A stretch of DNA of 63,365 nt, the filler included, from Basidiobolus ranarum (lineage: Eukaryota), in assembly GCA_040143965.1 (NCBI GenBank). It is 53 parts of 53 records of this genome, joined end to end, with 100 filler letters (N's around TTAATTAATTAA, not from the genome) between each part and the next. Parts side by side here need not be neighbours in the genome. Positions count along the whole stretch, not along the records: positions 35,987 to 37,083 come from JASJQH010006451.1; positions 37,184 to 38,280 come from JASJQH010006452.1; positions 38,381 to 39,477 come from JASJQH010006453.1; positions 39,578 to 40,673 come from JASJQH010006454.1; positions 40,774 to 41,869 come from JASJQH010006455.1; positions 41,970 to 43,065 come from JASJQH010006456.1; positions 43,166 to 44,261 come from JASJQH010006457.1; positions 44,362 to 45,457 come from JASJQH010006458.1; 45 more parts are not named here. One strand, 5' to 3'. A program made the position numbers and the translations under genes. Position 1 is the first letter of the stretch. Every line of letters begins with the position of its first letter. The notes under the pieces were generated by a model. The model ran no database searches, had not been told where the DNA came from, and was given only the letters and a program-made list of their open reading frames with translations. Of this stretch, positions 35,887 to 47,948 are shown piece after piece.

Positions 35887-35986
35887 NNNNNNNNNNNNNN
35901 NNNNNNNNNNNNNNNNNNNNNNNNNNNNNNTTAATTAATTAANNNNNNNNNNNNNNNNNNNNNNNNNNNNNNNNNNNNNNNNNNNN

Positions 35987-36246
35987 ATAGTATTCTCTCC
36001 AAAGCAGAGTTGAAAGTTGCTTCCACTTTTGTCTAATGCCCCCTTCCCCAGCTTCTGTCAGGTTTATCAATAACTCCCATATATCCAGCAAGAATTCATA
36101 GTGGATACCTGGGCATCTGTAACATCATTAGGAATGTGCTGCTTTGCACCACCCACTCCTTCATTTGACTGTGTGTGCAAAATTTTGCAAGTGGTGGTTT
36201 CCTGTACCAAAGTAGGTTGTGAATCAGGAAGAATCTGCTATGACAT
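35987..36246 (-). pseudogene. Putative Myb/SANT-like DNA-binding ORF of the Harbinger-type element
   Basis: Manual reading across a frameshift: VTDAQ/EFLLDIWELL...GIRQKWKQLSTLLWREY. Divergent from the transposase. Confidence 0.5.
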
Positions 36247-36610
36247 GATACATAATTACCATATATATCTATGATGTTAGACCTTATTGGTTTCAATCAG
36301 AATTAGGGATCTTTTTATATTATTGGTTAAAATGTCAAAGTTAATTTCCTATACTGTGATCAAGCATAATGCATTCCACAATGAGCGGTTTCAATGTATG
36401 TGCTAAATAAATTGGTTTGGATTGAACTATGATTAACTTTGCGGATGCAGTTTATTATTTAATTTCCATGCAATTAGACATAATTGAAATAATTAGGATA
36501 ATAAATACAAACAGAAAATCTATTTTACAGAATATAGGGATTTTTACCATGATAATTGAAATTCTTAGATAAATAACTTGCACACACCAGATCAATACAA
36601 GATTAATATC

Positions 36611-37083
36611 ATGCTCTCCATCTACTCTAAATGGTCATTCCTCATTAATCCAAAAGCAACTACTGGCTTTCCTATCACCACCCTAGAGGCTATATTTGAG
36701 AAATACTGTGGCTCATATACTCCAATACCTACCAGAAAGCAGCTAGTCAATTTGTTTTGTTACTACAAAAACTATTGTCCAATCAGATTTCAGTGCACTA
36801 TTAATGGTAGCAAAAGTGGGAGAAGCTTCCATACCAGGCTTCAAGTAAGTGAGAATTATCTAGCTTCAGTGATGAATGATGTTGAAGATGCCTGGGACAA
36901 AAGATTTAGAGACTCTAATTTCCTTCCATTTCCTGGAGTATTTCCCAATAGAGTTCATATCAGAAGTATTCTTGACACATTTCCAGTCAGAATTAACAGG
37001 CCCAAAAGCAACCAAAAGCTATTCTATTCTGGCAAGTACAAAGCCCACTGTGTAAAGTTCCAGGCTTTGACAGATTTGGAAGG
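36611..37083 (+). mobile_element. PIF/Harbinger-superfamily (DDE_Tnp_4-like) transposase, N-terminal half
   Basis: ILDTFPVRINRP...FYSGKYKAHCVKFQALTDLEG, open to the contig end. Confidence 0.85.
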
Positions 37084-37183
37084 NNNNNNNNNNNNNNNNN
37101 NNNNNNNNNNNNNNNNNNNNNNNNNNNTTAATTAATTAANNNNNNNNNNNNNNNNNNNNNNNNNNNNNNNNNNNNNNNNNNNN

Positions 37184-37258
37184 CCCGGAGAAGGCTGTTA
37201 CGATGGTTGTGAAGGTGCAAGTATAGACGAGGCTAGCGAGGATGCTGGTAAATTTCAT
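37184..37258 (-). CDS. Secreted protein, signal peptide only
   Basis: MKFTSILASLVYTCTFTTIVTAFSG, with TATAAATA ~100 bp upstream on the minus strand. Confidence 0.6.
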
Positions 37259-38380
37259 TTGATCTTATTGACTGTGATGTTCTCAGTATTTGTTGAGTGT
37301 TTGTTGTTGACACAGATATGTGTTTCTTTGCTTGTTCTTTTCTGGAACGCACACTTGGCTATTTATACTAGATCCTCGTATGTTCCTCAGGTCATGCATG
37401 AAGATGAAGCCACAACTGTGAACACTGCATTAGCTCTCCGATCTTACTGAGTACCTGATTTCACAGCCATAACAATTGAATAGGTAATCTTTTCTCCTCA
37501 TTTTTAGTCTATCATTCATGTAGTTACAGTATAGTTCGGACCTAGAGACATGGTTGTCTTTTCATGTAAATGTAACACTATTCATATTTTACTAGTATAA
37601 TTCAAGTTTCAAAATATTTACTGCTATATTATATTACGATACAGCTAGTCCTAAAATACAGGTATTTATTTCTTAAACGTGTTTGAGAGTTGTAAATTCA
37701 GTCTTATTGAAGACAAACAGTGGAATACGGATTTCATTTTTCTTGAAGAATATCTCAGAGAAATCACTGCATATTGATATAATCTGAACACCCTAGAAAA
37801 TGTATTCAACTCGCAAGTGAAGGCTAATAAAAACCTTTATTACTAGAAACTAAGTTGTTGGAACACTAAAATATAAGGCGTGTATATAGTGCCCTAAGCA
37901 TTGATAGATTAAGATCTGCTAGATTTCTCACAATACAAATACAACCGCCAATCTAAGTTGTAATAAAATGTCATGGTAGTAATACCGAAATATTTTCACC
38001 AGAAACTGTAAATCAAACTGACTGCCACTGAATAAGCTGCTCTTCGATAAGAAATGATTATGATTACTTTATTCTTTCTAAAGGTCTATATTGGATATAT
38101 TGAATAAAATAGTGTCTCTAGCAGGAAAGAAGCCCATAAAAGAATATATGACAGTATATAAATACATAGGGGATTGAAACACGGATAATTTATGATAGAC
38201 ATGAATCTGTTTATGGACAGACTGGAACGCGATTGTAGTCGATCCTGTTTGGGTCCATTCCTAAATATTCCATGGTCCAGNNNNNNNNNNNNNNNNNNNN
38301 NNNNNNNNNNNNNNNNNNNNNNNNTTAATTAATTAANNNNNNNNNNNNNNNNNNNNNNNNNNNNNNNNNNNNNNNNNNNN

Positions 38381-38990
38381 CACATCTACTTGTGGCAGGA
38401 CATTTGTTGACTGCAAGTTGGGGATATATTGGCTGAATTCTTTACGGAAATTTGCCAAAATCCAAGAGCTTATTCTCATTGTGAATGGTAAGAACAGTCA
38501 GCTCATTGCCAAGCGTCAGTACTATTCAAAAATTCAGATGTTTAGCAATTTTTCCACCATTAGTTTGTTGGTAAAGCATATTGATGTTGTTGAGTTATGT
38601 TTAATCAGTCAAGTATGTGCATATGAAGACACTAAACACAACAAGATTCTGGTATTTTTTGATTCTCATTATGGCTGGAATACAAAGCATAAAATATCTA
38701 AATAAAGGCATGCATATTAATTCATATTCCTACAGCAGTAAACCCAGTAATTTGTCATTTGAAAATTATATTTTTGCAAAGATTGCCAGATATTGATTAA
38801 TGCCTGCCAATTTGAGGATCAGTATTTTAACATGTATGAATACCATTAAAATACCATCAAGAAACCGCCATCACAGCATCCAAATCTCTGGCAGAATGCA
38901 AGCTACCAATATTGGGATGATTGTCTGACTGTTTTACTATTTTGGAGGGTGGATCCAATCCAGATCAAGTCAACTTTATTTTTGATAGGG
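38381..38990 (+). mobile_element. CMC transposase 3' end (stop 38705) and right terminus
   Basis: ...DSHYGWNTKHKISK*, then subterminal region ending TTTGATAGGG. Confidence 0.85.
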
Positions 38991-39477
38991 TCCAGCTGAT
39001 CCCGATTAGCACTATAATCTTAGGCTCATGGCTAATACTAAGTTTGATATTAGACTGACTATTTGGCAAATTGATAATGATGATGATGTTGAAATCTGAC
39101 TGGGCTCTTGATGGAAAAATTGTGGAGTTTAGTTTTGTATTTGGAGAATACTAATGTGTATGCCTGATAGAGTAAACTCCATTAATTTGACAAAATCTAC
39201 AGCAAAATAGTGCATTATGCCTGCAAAAAACCCCATGTTTATTGATGGCAGGAGTGTCACCAATACAAACAATAATATTAACTTTACTAACATATTCACC
39301 CATCTGAACTCCATTACAAAACTGTTCAAATTCCACAAGAAAAGGTTCCAAGAATCTATCTATACGCCTGGGTGATTTAGGCCCATATATGATGGAGCGT
39401 ATCAAGATATTATGACTCTTATACCCTTCAGAAGGAGGAAAATTTAATTTGATTAAAATTATTGGCCAGCAAGCCTT
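38991..39477 (-). mobile_element. CMC transposase core fragment
   Basis: GPKSPRRIDRFLEPFLVEF...IGDTPAINK...HNALFCCRFC. Confidence 0.85.
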
Positions 39478-39577
39478 NNNNNNNNNNNNNNNNNNNNNNN
39501 NNNNNNNNNNNNNNNNNNNNNTTAATTAATTAANNNNNNNNNNNNNNNNNNNNNNNNNNNNNNNNNNNNNNNNNNNN

Positions 39578-40673
39578 GATAACTGATATCAATTCAACAA
39601 ATAGTCAGTCCAACATTGAACTTGGTATTAGCTGTAAGCCTAAGATTAAATTGCTAAAGGGGATTGGCTGGAGCCAGAGCTTCCCATTGGGCACTATGCA
39701 CTTACTATTCAACAACATTCCAATACTACTTACTCAGCTATATAGTGGAAAAATCAATATGAATCAGCCATATGAGAGAGGATCAAAGTTTTAATCAATT
39801 GGGAAAATGCTTGAAAACATCAAGATACCATCATATTTTACCAGGACTCCCATCAATATCCACTGATCTAGGTGTTTAATAAAATGCAAAGACTGGAAGT
39901 ATTGAATTTGTATATATCCAAGTGGAATCTTGAAAAGATTTCTACCTGATAAGTATTGGCAATATTGGAAGTAGTTTGTGGATATTGTTAATATATTCTT
40001 ACAGCATCAACTCACATTGGCAGATCTCAGGCAGAAACAGCAACTGTGCAAAGATTTTAATTGGATATGAAAAACTTTATTACTGGTTTGAAGAAGATAG
40101 ACTGAATCTATGCTGGTATTCAACACATTCTCTGCTACGTCTTTCACAATGCTTAGAGATTTTAGGCCCTTGCTATATATTCTGGGAGTTCCCAATGGAG
40201 CGCACCTGTGGTGAAATGATGCACCATGTGAAATCATCAGAATTACCATATGCTAATCTGATTTACAATGTATCAGCAAAATCAGTGATGAATGTAATGC
40301 AATGGGTAAAGCAGACTCCAGAGTATATTAACCTGCCAACAAAGGGCTTTTTTCAATGTGCTCACAGGTTTTTGCACTGTTTGAGCACAATAACAGCAAC
40401 AAAGCCCAATCCATGGACACAGAGTAAGTACCTCTGTAATCAGACTAATTTGCTTGTGTGATAATCTCACGGTATTTTTAGGAAAGCTGCAAGACAGACT
40501 TCTTGGTGAGATAGATGGAGATACACAGTATTATTGTTTTAGCCATGGGGTAATCTATTCAAGCAATGACACATCTACTTGTGGCAGGACATTTGTTGAC
40601 TGCAAGTTGGGGATATATTGGCTGAATTCTTTACGGAAATTTGCCAAAATCCAAGAGGTTATTCTCATTGTGA
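39578..40673 (+). mobile_element. CMC transposase central and C-terminal part
   Basis: FPLGTMHLLFNNIP...GPCYIFWEFPMERTCGEM. Confidence 0.85.
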
Positions 40674-40773
40674 NNNNNNNNNNNNNNNNNNNNNNNNNNN
40701 NNNNNNNNNNNNNNNNNTTAATTAATTAANNNNNNNNNNNNNNNNNNNNNNNNNNNNNNNNNNNNNNNNNNNN

Positions 40774-41869
40774 ATATTTACCTGATTCAGTGATTGCCAA
40801 TTGTGTGCAAACAGTACATGACTTCAGGTTTTTCAGATCACTGGTGAAAGCCAAACAACCATTCGGACATGAAGGCAGTTTTATTACTGAAGGATTGTAA
40901 GTCATACAATTGACAAGTGTTTTCCACTTGTACCAGGTCTGTGGCAAGCAACAGTTGCCAATCAACTGTGGTAAAAGTGTAAGAAAACCAATAAACACCT
41001 GGTTGCTAAGATTGGATTGAACTCTCCACTCCTCAATAATCAAAGCTGCTTCCTTTACTGTAAGTGTTATGAGTGGACTAATGTTTGCTGATAACAAAGA
41101 GTCTGTAACAAAACCATTGTCTTCTTCTTCAACTTCTGATATACTACCATTGGTACTGGAATAACCAAGGTCAACATCTAGCAGCAAGTCCTCAAAGTTG
41201 TCTGGACTTACTGGTTCAACCAAAGTTGCATTTTGACCTACATCATTCTGGTCATATAACTGTGGTAACTCCATGGTATCTTGACTTTTGGCAGTGTTAC
41301 CAAAACTTTGAGGCAAACTACAGTCAGTGGACTCAATAGGCAAAACTAAAGTCAATTTATTGCACTTATTGCTGTTGTTATACACCAGGCTTTGTGGAGC
41401 TGGTGGCTTTGTATGGTGACCATGCTTGTGATTATTTTCTCTATGAAGCCTCTGGCTTTCATAGCACAGGAATTCGCAACAATAATAGCAGGGCTTCTTT
41501 AAATGTTTGTGTTGCAGCATGAGAAGGATATTGTAGAAAAAGAACACCTCCCACATAAGGGTGGTATTTAAGGTATAGCTCATCAATATCATCAGCTGAT
41601 TCTGAGACAGTGTCACAGATGAGTCATCAGGGGATTTACAAGATATTTCCGGCAATGGATGGCAATTTTGGTTTACTATAAGCTGTTTCTAAGCAATTTC
41701 ATTACACCAAGTTTACCATCTGAGAAATTCAATGCCATTCAAAAAGTGTTCAAAATTTAGGTCAAAATGGCTTCCAAGCCAAAGCCTGCTGGCATGAAAG
41801 GAAAAAAACCAACAAGAACAGAGGACTTAACTCATGAGCAGTCTAGCAATCCACTGTCCACTTTGGAAT
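40774..41869. mobile_element. CMC transposase N-terminus (minus, open from 41520 to the contig edge), promoter, ORF2 start (plus, 41732)
   Basis: CYYC..H..H N-terminus and KLPSCPNGCLAF...CTVC, the Cys motif that precedes EnSpm transposase cores. Confidence 0.82.
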
Positions 41870-42038
41870 NNNNNNNNNNNNNNNNNNNNNNNNNNNNNNN
41901 NNNNNNNNNNNNNTTAATTAATTAANNNNNNNNNNNNNNNNNNNNNNNNNNNNNNNNNNNNNNNNNNNNGGGGTGTTAACTTAAATATTCAGTAATAAAG
42001 CTTAATCCCACTACAAATCTCCAGCAAAGCTGAATTTT

Positions 42039-42860
42039 TTATACTGGAAGCTTAAAAATATCAATAGGAGATATATTCTTTACTCTATCTTTAAAGGGTA
42101 AAGACACACTTTGGTATGTCAATAGCTTGAAGACTTTATGCCGCAATACAAGGTGACCAATATTTTGAGTCACCCATTCCACCAGTCTATTGGCATTCTT
42201 TTCCTCAATTACTATTTGTTTAAAGTCTCTTTGGGTTCCTTGGTAAACTTTCAATAAACAGAAATATGAGTACAAATCCATAAAGTTGTTTTGAAATGGG
42301 GTAGCGGTAATAAGTAGCATTTTGCAAGTGTAAAGTTTTATAATACTATTGAAACTCAAGCCAGCAGAGTTCTTTAGAACATCTGCTTTGTCAGCTATAA
42401 TATGCTGGAACTTAATATGCCAAAGAGGCAAGTTACCATCAATGGCTTCAATACTCAATGTTCCATAAGTGGTGATAACTATCCGCTTTTGTTCCAGATC
42501 TTCAGGTTGCATAGCTTGGTATTGCCCATGAAATAAGTGAATATCATCTTGAGGGATGTTGGTTTTTTCCATAATCTCCTCCATGCAATTGAGAATCAAA
42601 CCGTGTGGAACTACAATTAAATTGGGATGCAATTCTGGTGTTTCTAATATCAGACTTAACACTTGTATTGTTTTTCCTAATCCCATTGCATCAGCTAACA
42701 ACACATTATGATAGCATGCTTTGGTCCGTTTAAGCCATAATACTCCAACTTTCTTATAATCCTTCAATTGCACCTTCAAATCAGATAAATATCTGAGTGG
42801 AGTACTCTGTGTTGAAAAATTATTTGCTATAAACCCAATCTCATTGGTAATTTGACCCAA
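42039..42860 (-). pseudogene. SNF2-family ATPase N-terminal lobe, degenerate and truncated
   Basis: LLADAMGLGKTIQ, NLIVVP, IVITTY, IIADKAD (Walker B altered), LLITATPFQNN. Confidence 0.82.
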
Positions 42861-43165
42861 AAGCTGTCATGTGCTAAGATGTTGCGCTTCAGTAGGAGGA
42901 TAAACCCATATTTGGTAGTCAACATTGTAAATAAAACTAGTATTGGCATTGTTGGTATATTGAATTAAATTGCCAAACTCATTCACCAACTCTATAAATG
43001 TCATGCCTAAGGTGCAAATTTTGGAGTGGATATAGAGTTTCTCCCAAATGTATGACATCAAGTTCNNNNNNNNNNNNNNNNNNNNNNNNNNNNNNNNNNN
43101 NNNNNNNNNTTAATTAATTAANNNNNNNNNNNNNNNNNNNNNNNNNNNNNNNNNNNNNNNNNNNN

Positions 43166-43800
43166 AAATTTATTTATGATTATACATGATACACCTTGTT
43201 CTACTTTTTGGAAAGAAAAAATGAATCTCACCCTACCTTTATATATTTTAAAACACTTGTCAAGACTGACACTGGAACCAGAATCAAGTAACTCTGTACT
43301 GATAATGGTGGAGAATATAATTCAACACTAGTTAATCACTTTTGCAAAGCTCATGGATTTAAGCAAGAAGCTGCTGCCCCTATTCATCTTGGCAAAACTT
43401 TGTTGCTGAAAGAGCTAACAGGACCAGAATAGAAAAGGAAAGAACAATGATAAGTGCTTCATATATGTCTCATAATATCTGGGTGGAATCTGTTGCTACA
43501 GCTTTATATCTGAGGAGTAGGAGTTTTACTCAAAGTCTGTGTAACTTTACATCCTATGAAGTGTGGTTTGGATTTAAACCTGATATAGAACATTTGAGGA
43601 TCTTAGGATGCATTGCTTATATCAAAATTATAACCAGAAATTGGTCTAAGTTTGATTCAAAAAGTAAGAAATGCATATCTCTGGGTTTTGTACTCAAGCT
43701 AAAACATACAGACTATATGATACAAAAATTTCAAAGTTAATCAAGTTGAGGGATGTTTTTTTTTGATGAAAATGTACATTTTCACCTAAAATGCCCTCAT
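43166..43800 (+). mobile_element. Ty1/copia integrase, degenerate
   Basis: TDNGGEY, WVESVATALYLRSR, HLRILGCIAY. Confidence 0.88.
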
Positions 43801-44361
43801 ATGATGACAAAAATTAGTTTTCTCCTGATCCAATCACTGAAATTGTATCAAACCAAAACAATTAAGAAAACAGCAATCCTGTAGACCCTCCAACCAAGAT
43901 TCTGCCTACTAAAATGCCCAACACAATGCCAGAAGTGGTAGTGGAAATCTTAATATTTTCAGCAAACAAGGAAAGCAAGGATCCAGGACATAAGTGAAGA
44001 AAGTTACAAAGTAAAATACCAAACAGAGGAGAAAGTACTACAAAGCCCAAGACTTATTTATTTGTTTGCATTAAATGACAAGTAATCTAGAAATATCCAC
44101 TTGGTAGTCTGGAAACTGCTTGAACAACACATTGTGTGGTAGCTAATCTGGTAACATTGTGTCCAAGTGATTCCAAAGATTTAATGCAATGTTCAACGTA
44201 TTGTGGCTCTATAGTCACTTCATCTGGCTTTAGCTGGTGATGAGCACAAGGTGCAGCAATTNNNNNNNNNNNNNNNNNNNNNNNNNNNNNNNNNNNNNNN
44301 NNNNNTTAATTAATTAANNNNNNNNNNNNNNNNNNNNNNNNNNNNNNNNNNNNNNNNNNNN

Positions 44362-45374
44362 ACAAGCTAGATATACTAAAAAAGTTTAAAATCAAAGAAT
44401 TGATTTCAGTATGTATATCTATGGAGACAAATTTTAACTTGGCCATAAATAGCTCATTTCAGATGTTCTTAAATTTAAGTGAGTGCCAGAATTTTTTTAT
44501 CAATCTATTGCTGGTAGTTTAATGTATGTTATGGATGGAGCATGGCCAGATGTCACATATTCAGTGGAAATTATGTGAAAATATCTTGTAAATTTTAGAT
44601 CTGATCAAATAATAGAAGTTAAGAGGACTTTTGATACTTTAGTGATACTATGGGTCTCTGCAAAAGGTGCATATATTCTCAATCACACTTTGCATTTATA
44701 GAATACACATATGCAAATTGAGAAAACAATGTCAAAGAGAACTAATTGACAACTTAATATTTGTTCTTCAGCTATTAAGTGGCTATTTCTTGGAATTCCA
44801 AGAAATAACCTACCAAAGCACTTTCAACAACAGAAGTAGAAGTTATAGCTGCTTGTGAAGCAACAAAGGAAGTAATATGGATAAGATCGCTCTTGAAAGA
44901 TTTGGACTATTCTCAAAATTTACTAACTTATTATATCAATATAATCATAGCAAGAAATCTCATGCTTGATACAAGAAGCAGACAGATAGATATAAAACAT
45001 CATTAACTGGAGAGGCTATTGAGAATAGGTTCACTGTCTTAACTTGTTATTCTACAAAAGGCATGATTACTGATGCATGTTGGATAAGTGATACCAATTC
45101 AACTTTGTATTTGTCTTTATTCACAATGCATATGTTAGAATCAGAAAGCAATATTTCTTTTGCCTCTATGTTTTAACTAGCAATATCTCTACATCTATAT
45201 AACCTGTACATCTCAGTACCTCCTTATTGATAATATCATGTTATACAAACTTCTTCACATCCCTAGTAATTGACTTCTTTCTTTACTATATATTAGTCTC
45301 CATATTTTTTTTATAATAAAATAACTAAAAACACTATTGTAAGTTGCCTCTAAGTAAAATACCCAATCGGCTAG
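44362..45374 (+). mobile_element. Highly decayed copia RT/RNase H interrupted at 45078 by an LTR3-related LTR
   Basis: Homology to 61082-61760. TGTTGGATAAG start and similarity to LTR3. Confidence 0.7.
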
Positions 45375-45557
45375 AAAGAAAGGCCCCGCAGCCCCCCCAA
45401 TCGGGGGCGGGGGCGGTTTTTCACCTTACGGATGTGCCTATTGTTTGGATTAGGTAGNNNNNNNNNNNNNNNNNNNNNNNNNNNNNNNNNNNNNNNNNNN
45501 NTTAATTAATTAANNNNNNNNNNNNNNNNNNNNNNNNNNNNNNNNNNNNNNNNNNNN

Positions 45558-46418
45558 ATACACATATTCTGGATCAAATTTTGATCTGATGGGATATTCA
45601 GATGCAAATTGGGGAAGAGATATTAAAGACAGGAGATCTACAACAGGATACTTATTTCTTTGCTGTAATGGAGCTATTTCTTGGAATTCAAAGAAACAAC
45701 CTACCATAGCACTTGCAACAACAGAAGCTGAATACATGGCTGCCTGTGAAGCAAAAAAAGAAGCAAAATGGTTGAGAAAACTCTTTACAGATTTGAGTTA
45801 TTCTCAAAATTCACCAACTACAATTTTTCAAGATAATCAAAGTTGTATCAACCAAGCTAAAAATCCCATGTTTCATAATAGAAGCAAACATATAGATATT
45901 AAGCATTACTTCATTAGAGAGACTACAGCAAACAAGTTTATTGACTTAACTTATTGTTCTACAGAAGACATGATTGCTGTTATATGAATCACACCATTAG
46001 CTAGACAAAAATTTGAGAAATTTAGATCTTTATTAGGATTAGTTTATGTGACTATTTGCTTGAGGGAGAGTTTTGAAATTAGCATTGCCTAAACACCTAT
46101 GTAGTCATATATAACTTAGTACTTAGTTTTCTTATAACTCACTAAGATATTATCAATTATTCTCAATTGGAACGTATTTGGAATATTGACACCAACTTAG
46201 AAGTTCTCAGATATATAGATTTTTCAAACTTGTGCCAGAAGCCCCAAACTTTGCACACATGCTCCTGGGACCTTCCTTAACATATTCTCTATGTTAGCTT
46301 GTTTACATCTTGACAGAACTATAAATGGCAACTTTCTACTCAATAAATCAATAAGTGTAAAGCATCAATTCCTCTAATTCTCTAAACCACTTCCAACAGG
46401 CTCCCAAATACTTTAACA
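45558..46418 (+). mobile_element. Ty1/copia RNase H, PPT and complete 3' LTR1 (46071-46418)
   Basis: GYSDANWG...AISWNSKKQPTIALATTEAEY...SKHIDIKHYF, TGAGGGAGAG, LTR ending TTTAACA. Confidence 0.92.
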
Positions 46419-46653
46419 GCTATGTGTTGAACTTCTATTTTGGAAATATGTAGCTGTTAAAATAACTTCACCCCAATAGGTCTTAGGCAGATCTGAATCA
46501 ATCAGCATTGTACATGCATTCTCTACTAAAGTCCTCTTCATCCTTGCTGTAACTACATTTTGTTCTGCACTATATGGAATAGTAAATTGCTGTTGAATTC
46601 CCTTTTCTTGACAAAAGCTAGTCATGGCTTCATTGTTAAATTCAGTTCCATTA
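46419..46653 (-). mobile_element. Ty1/copia integrase fragment (target of the element above)
   Basis: GIQQQFTIPYSAEQN...YWGEVILTATYFQNR. Confidence 0.85.
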
Positions 46654-46753
46654 NNNNNNNNNNNNNNNNNNNNNNNNNNNNNNNNNNNNNNNNNNNNTTA
46701 ATTAATTAANNNNNNNNNNNNNNNNNNNNNNNNNNNNNNNNNNNNNNNNNNNN

Positions 46754-47653
46754 TAATGGTAGCAAAAGTGGGAGAAGCTTCCATACCAGGCTCCAAGTGA
46801 GTGTGAAATATCTAGCTTCAGTGATGAATGTTGTTCAAGATGCCTGGGACAAGAGATTTAGAGACTCTGGGACAAAAGACTGAGAGATTCTAATTCCCTT
46901 CCATTTCCTGGAGTGTTTCCCAATAGAGTTCATATCAGAAGGATTCTTGACATATTTGCTGTCAGAATTAACAGGCCCAAAAGCAGCCAAAAGCTATTCT
47001 ATTCCGGCAAGTACAATGCCCGCTGTGTAAAGTTCCAGGCTTAGACAGATTTGGAAGGAAACATCATTTGGTTTAGTGGGCCACATCCAGGGAGACACCA
47101 TGACAAAAGGCTTTGGGATGAGAGGCATGCATCATTTGTAAGTTATGAGAAGACTATGGCTGATTTGGCATATATTGGGGAAGAATGTAGAAGGCTAGGG
47201 TGTGTCACTGCTAACAAGAGGCCCAGAGGAGGGACCCTCACAGCAATGCAAAAGCTTTATATTGACATTTTTTCCATTTTAGATCAAGAGTAGAACATAG
47301 CTTTGGTTTCCTAAGGAGATATAGCATTGTAGAAGGAAAGTATAGAGGAAACTCATTTTGTGGGCCTCAATCAAAGTTAGAAAAGTAGTTAAAATCTTGA
47401 TTGATTCTCAGTACATTCATACTCAAAGATAGCCATTGAGGGCTCTAGACTTAAGACACTATGAATAAAGATTCCATCATCTTTTGAATGTGCAATAATG
47501 TCTGAAAGTACTTTTCTTAAATATATCACATACGTAAATAAACTGTCTCCAAAAGGGTAAATAACATCATGCTGGATAGTACACACTCATGCCAATTTGT
47601 GATGGCACACCTTTTGGCTGGCCTGATCTGGCTCAATAAAATGGAACAAGTCT
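46754..47653 (+). mobile_element. PIF/Harbinger-superfamily transposase C-terminal half and terminus
   Basis: FSGPHPGRHHD, MADLAYIG, RSRVEHSFG (DDE) across frameshifts. Ends ATGGAACAAGTCT|ATT inside CMC transposase DNA. Confidence 0.87.
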
Positions 47654-47948
47654 ATTCTTTATGGAAATTTGCCAAAGTCTAAAAGCTTATTCTCATTGTG
47701 AATGGTAACAAGAGTCAGCTATTTGCCAAGTGTCAGTGATATTCAAAATCTCACATGTTTGGCAATTTTTCCATCATTGGCTTGTAAGTATAGCATATTG
47801 ATGTTGTTGAGTTATGTCTGATCAGTCAAGTATGTGCATATATAGAGANNNNNNNNNNNNNNNNNNNNNNNNNNNNNNNNNNNNNNNNNNNNTTAATTAA
47901 TTAANNNNNNNNNNNNNNNNNNNNNNNNNNNNNNNNNNNNNNNNNNNN

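Noticed and set aside
47389..47586. Minus-strand ORF (and 14122-14364) as a convergent second Harbinger gene
   Set aside because: It starts next to the TIR, the frames differ between copies, and it overlaps the plausible transposase C-terminus (KVVKILIDSQYIH...PLRALDLRHYE*) on the plus strand.
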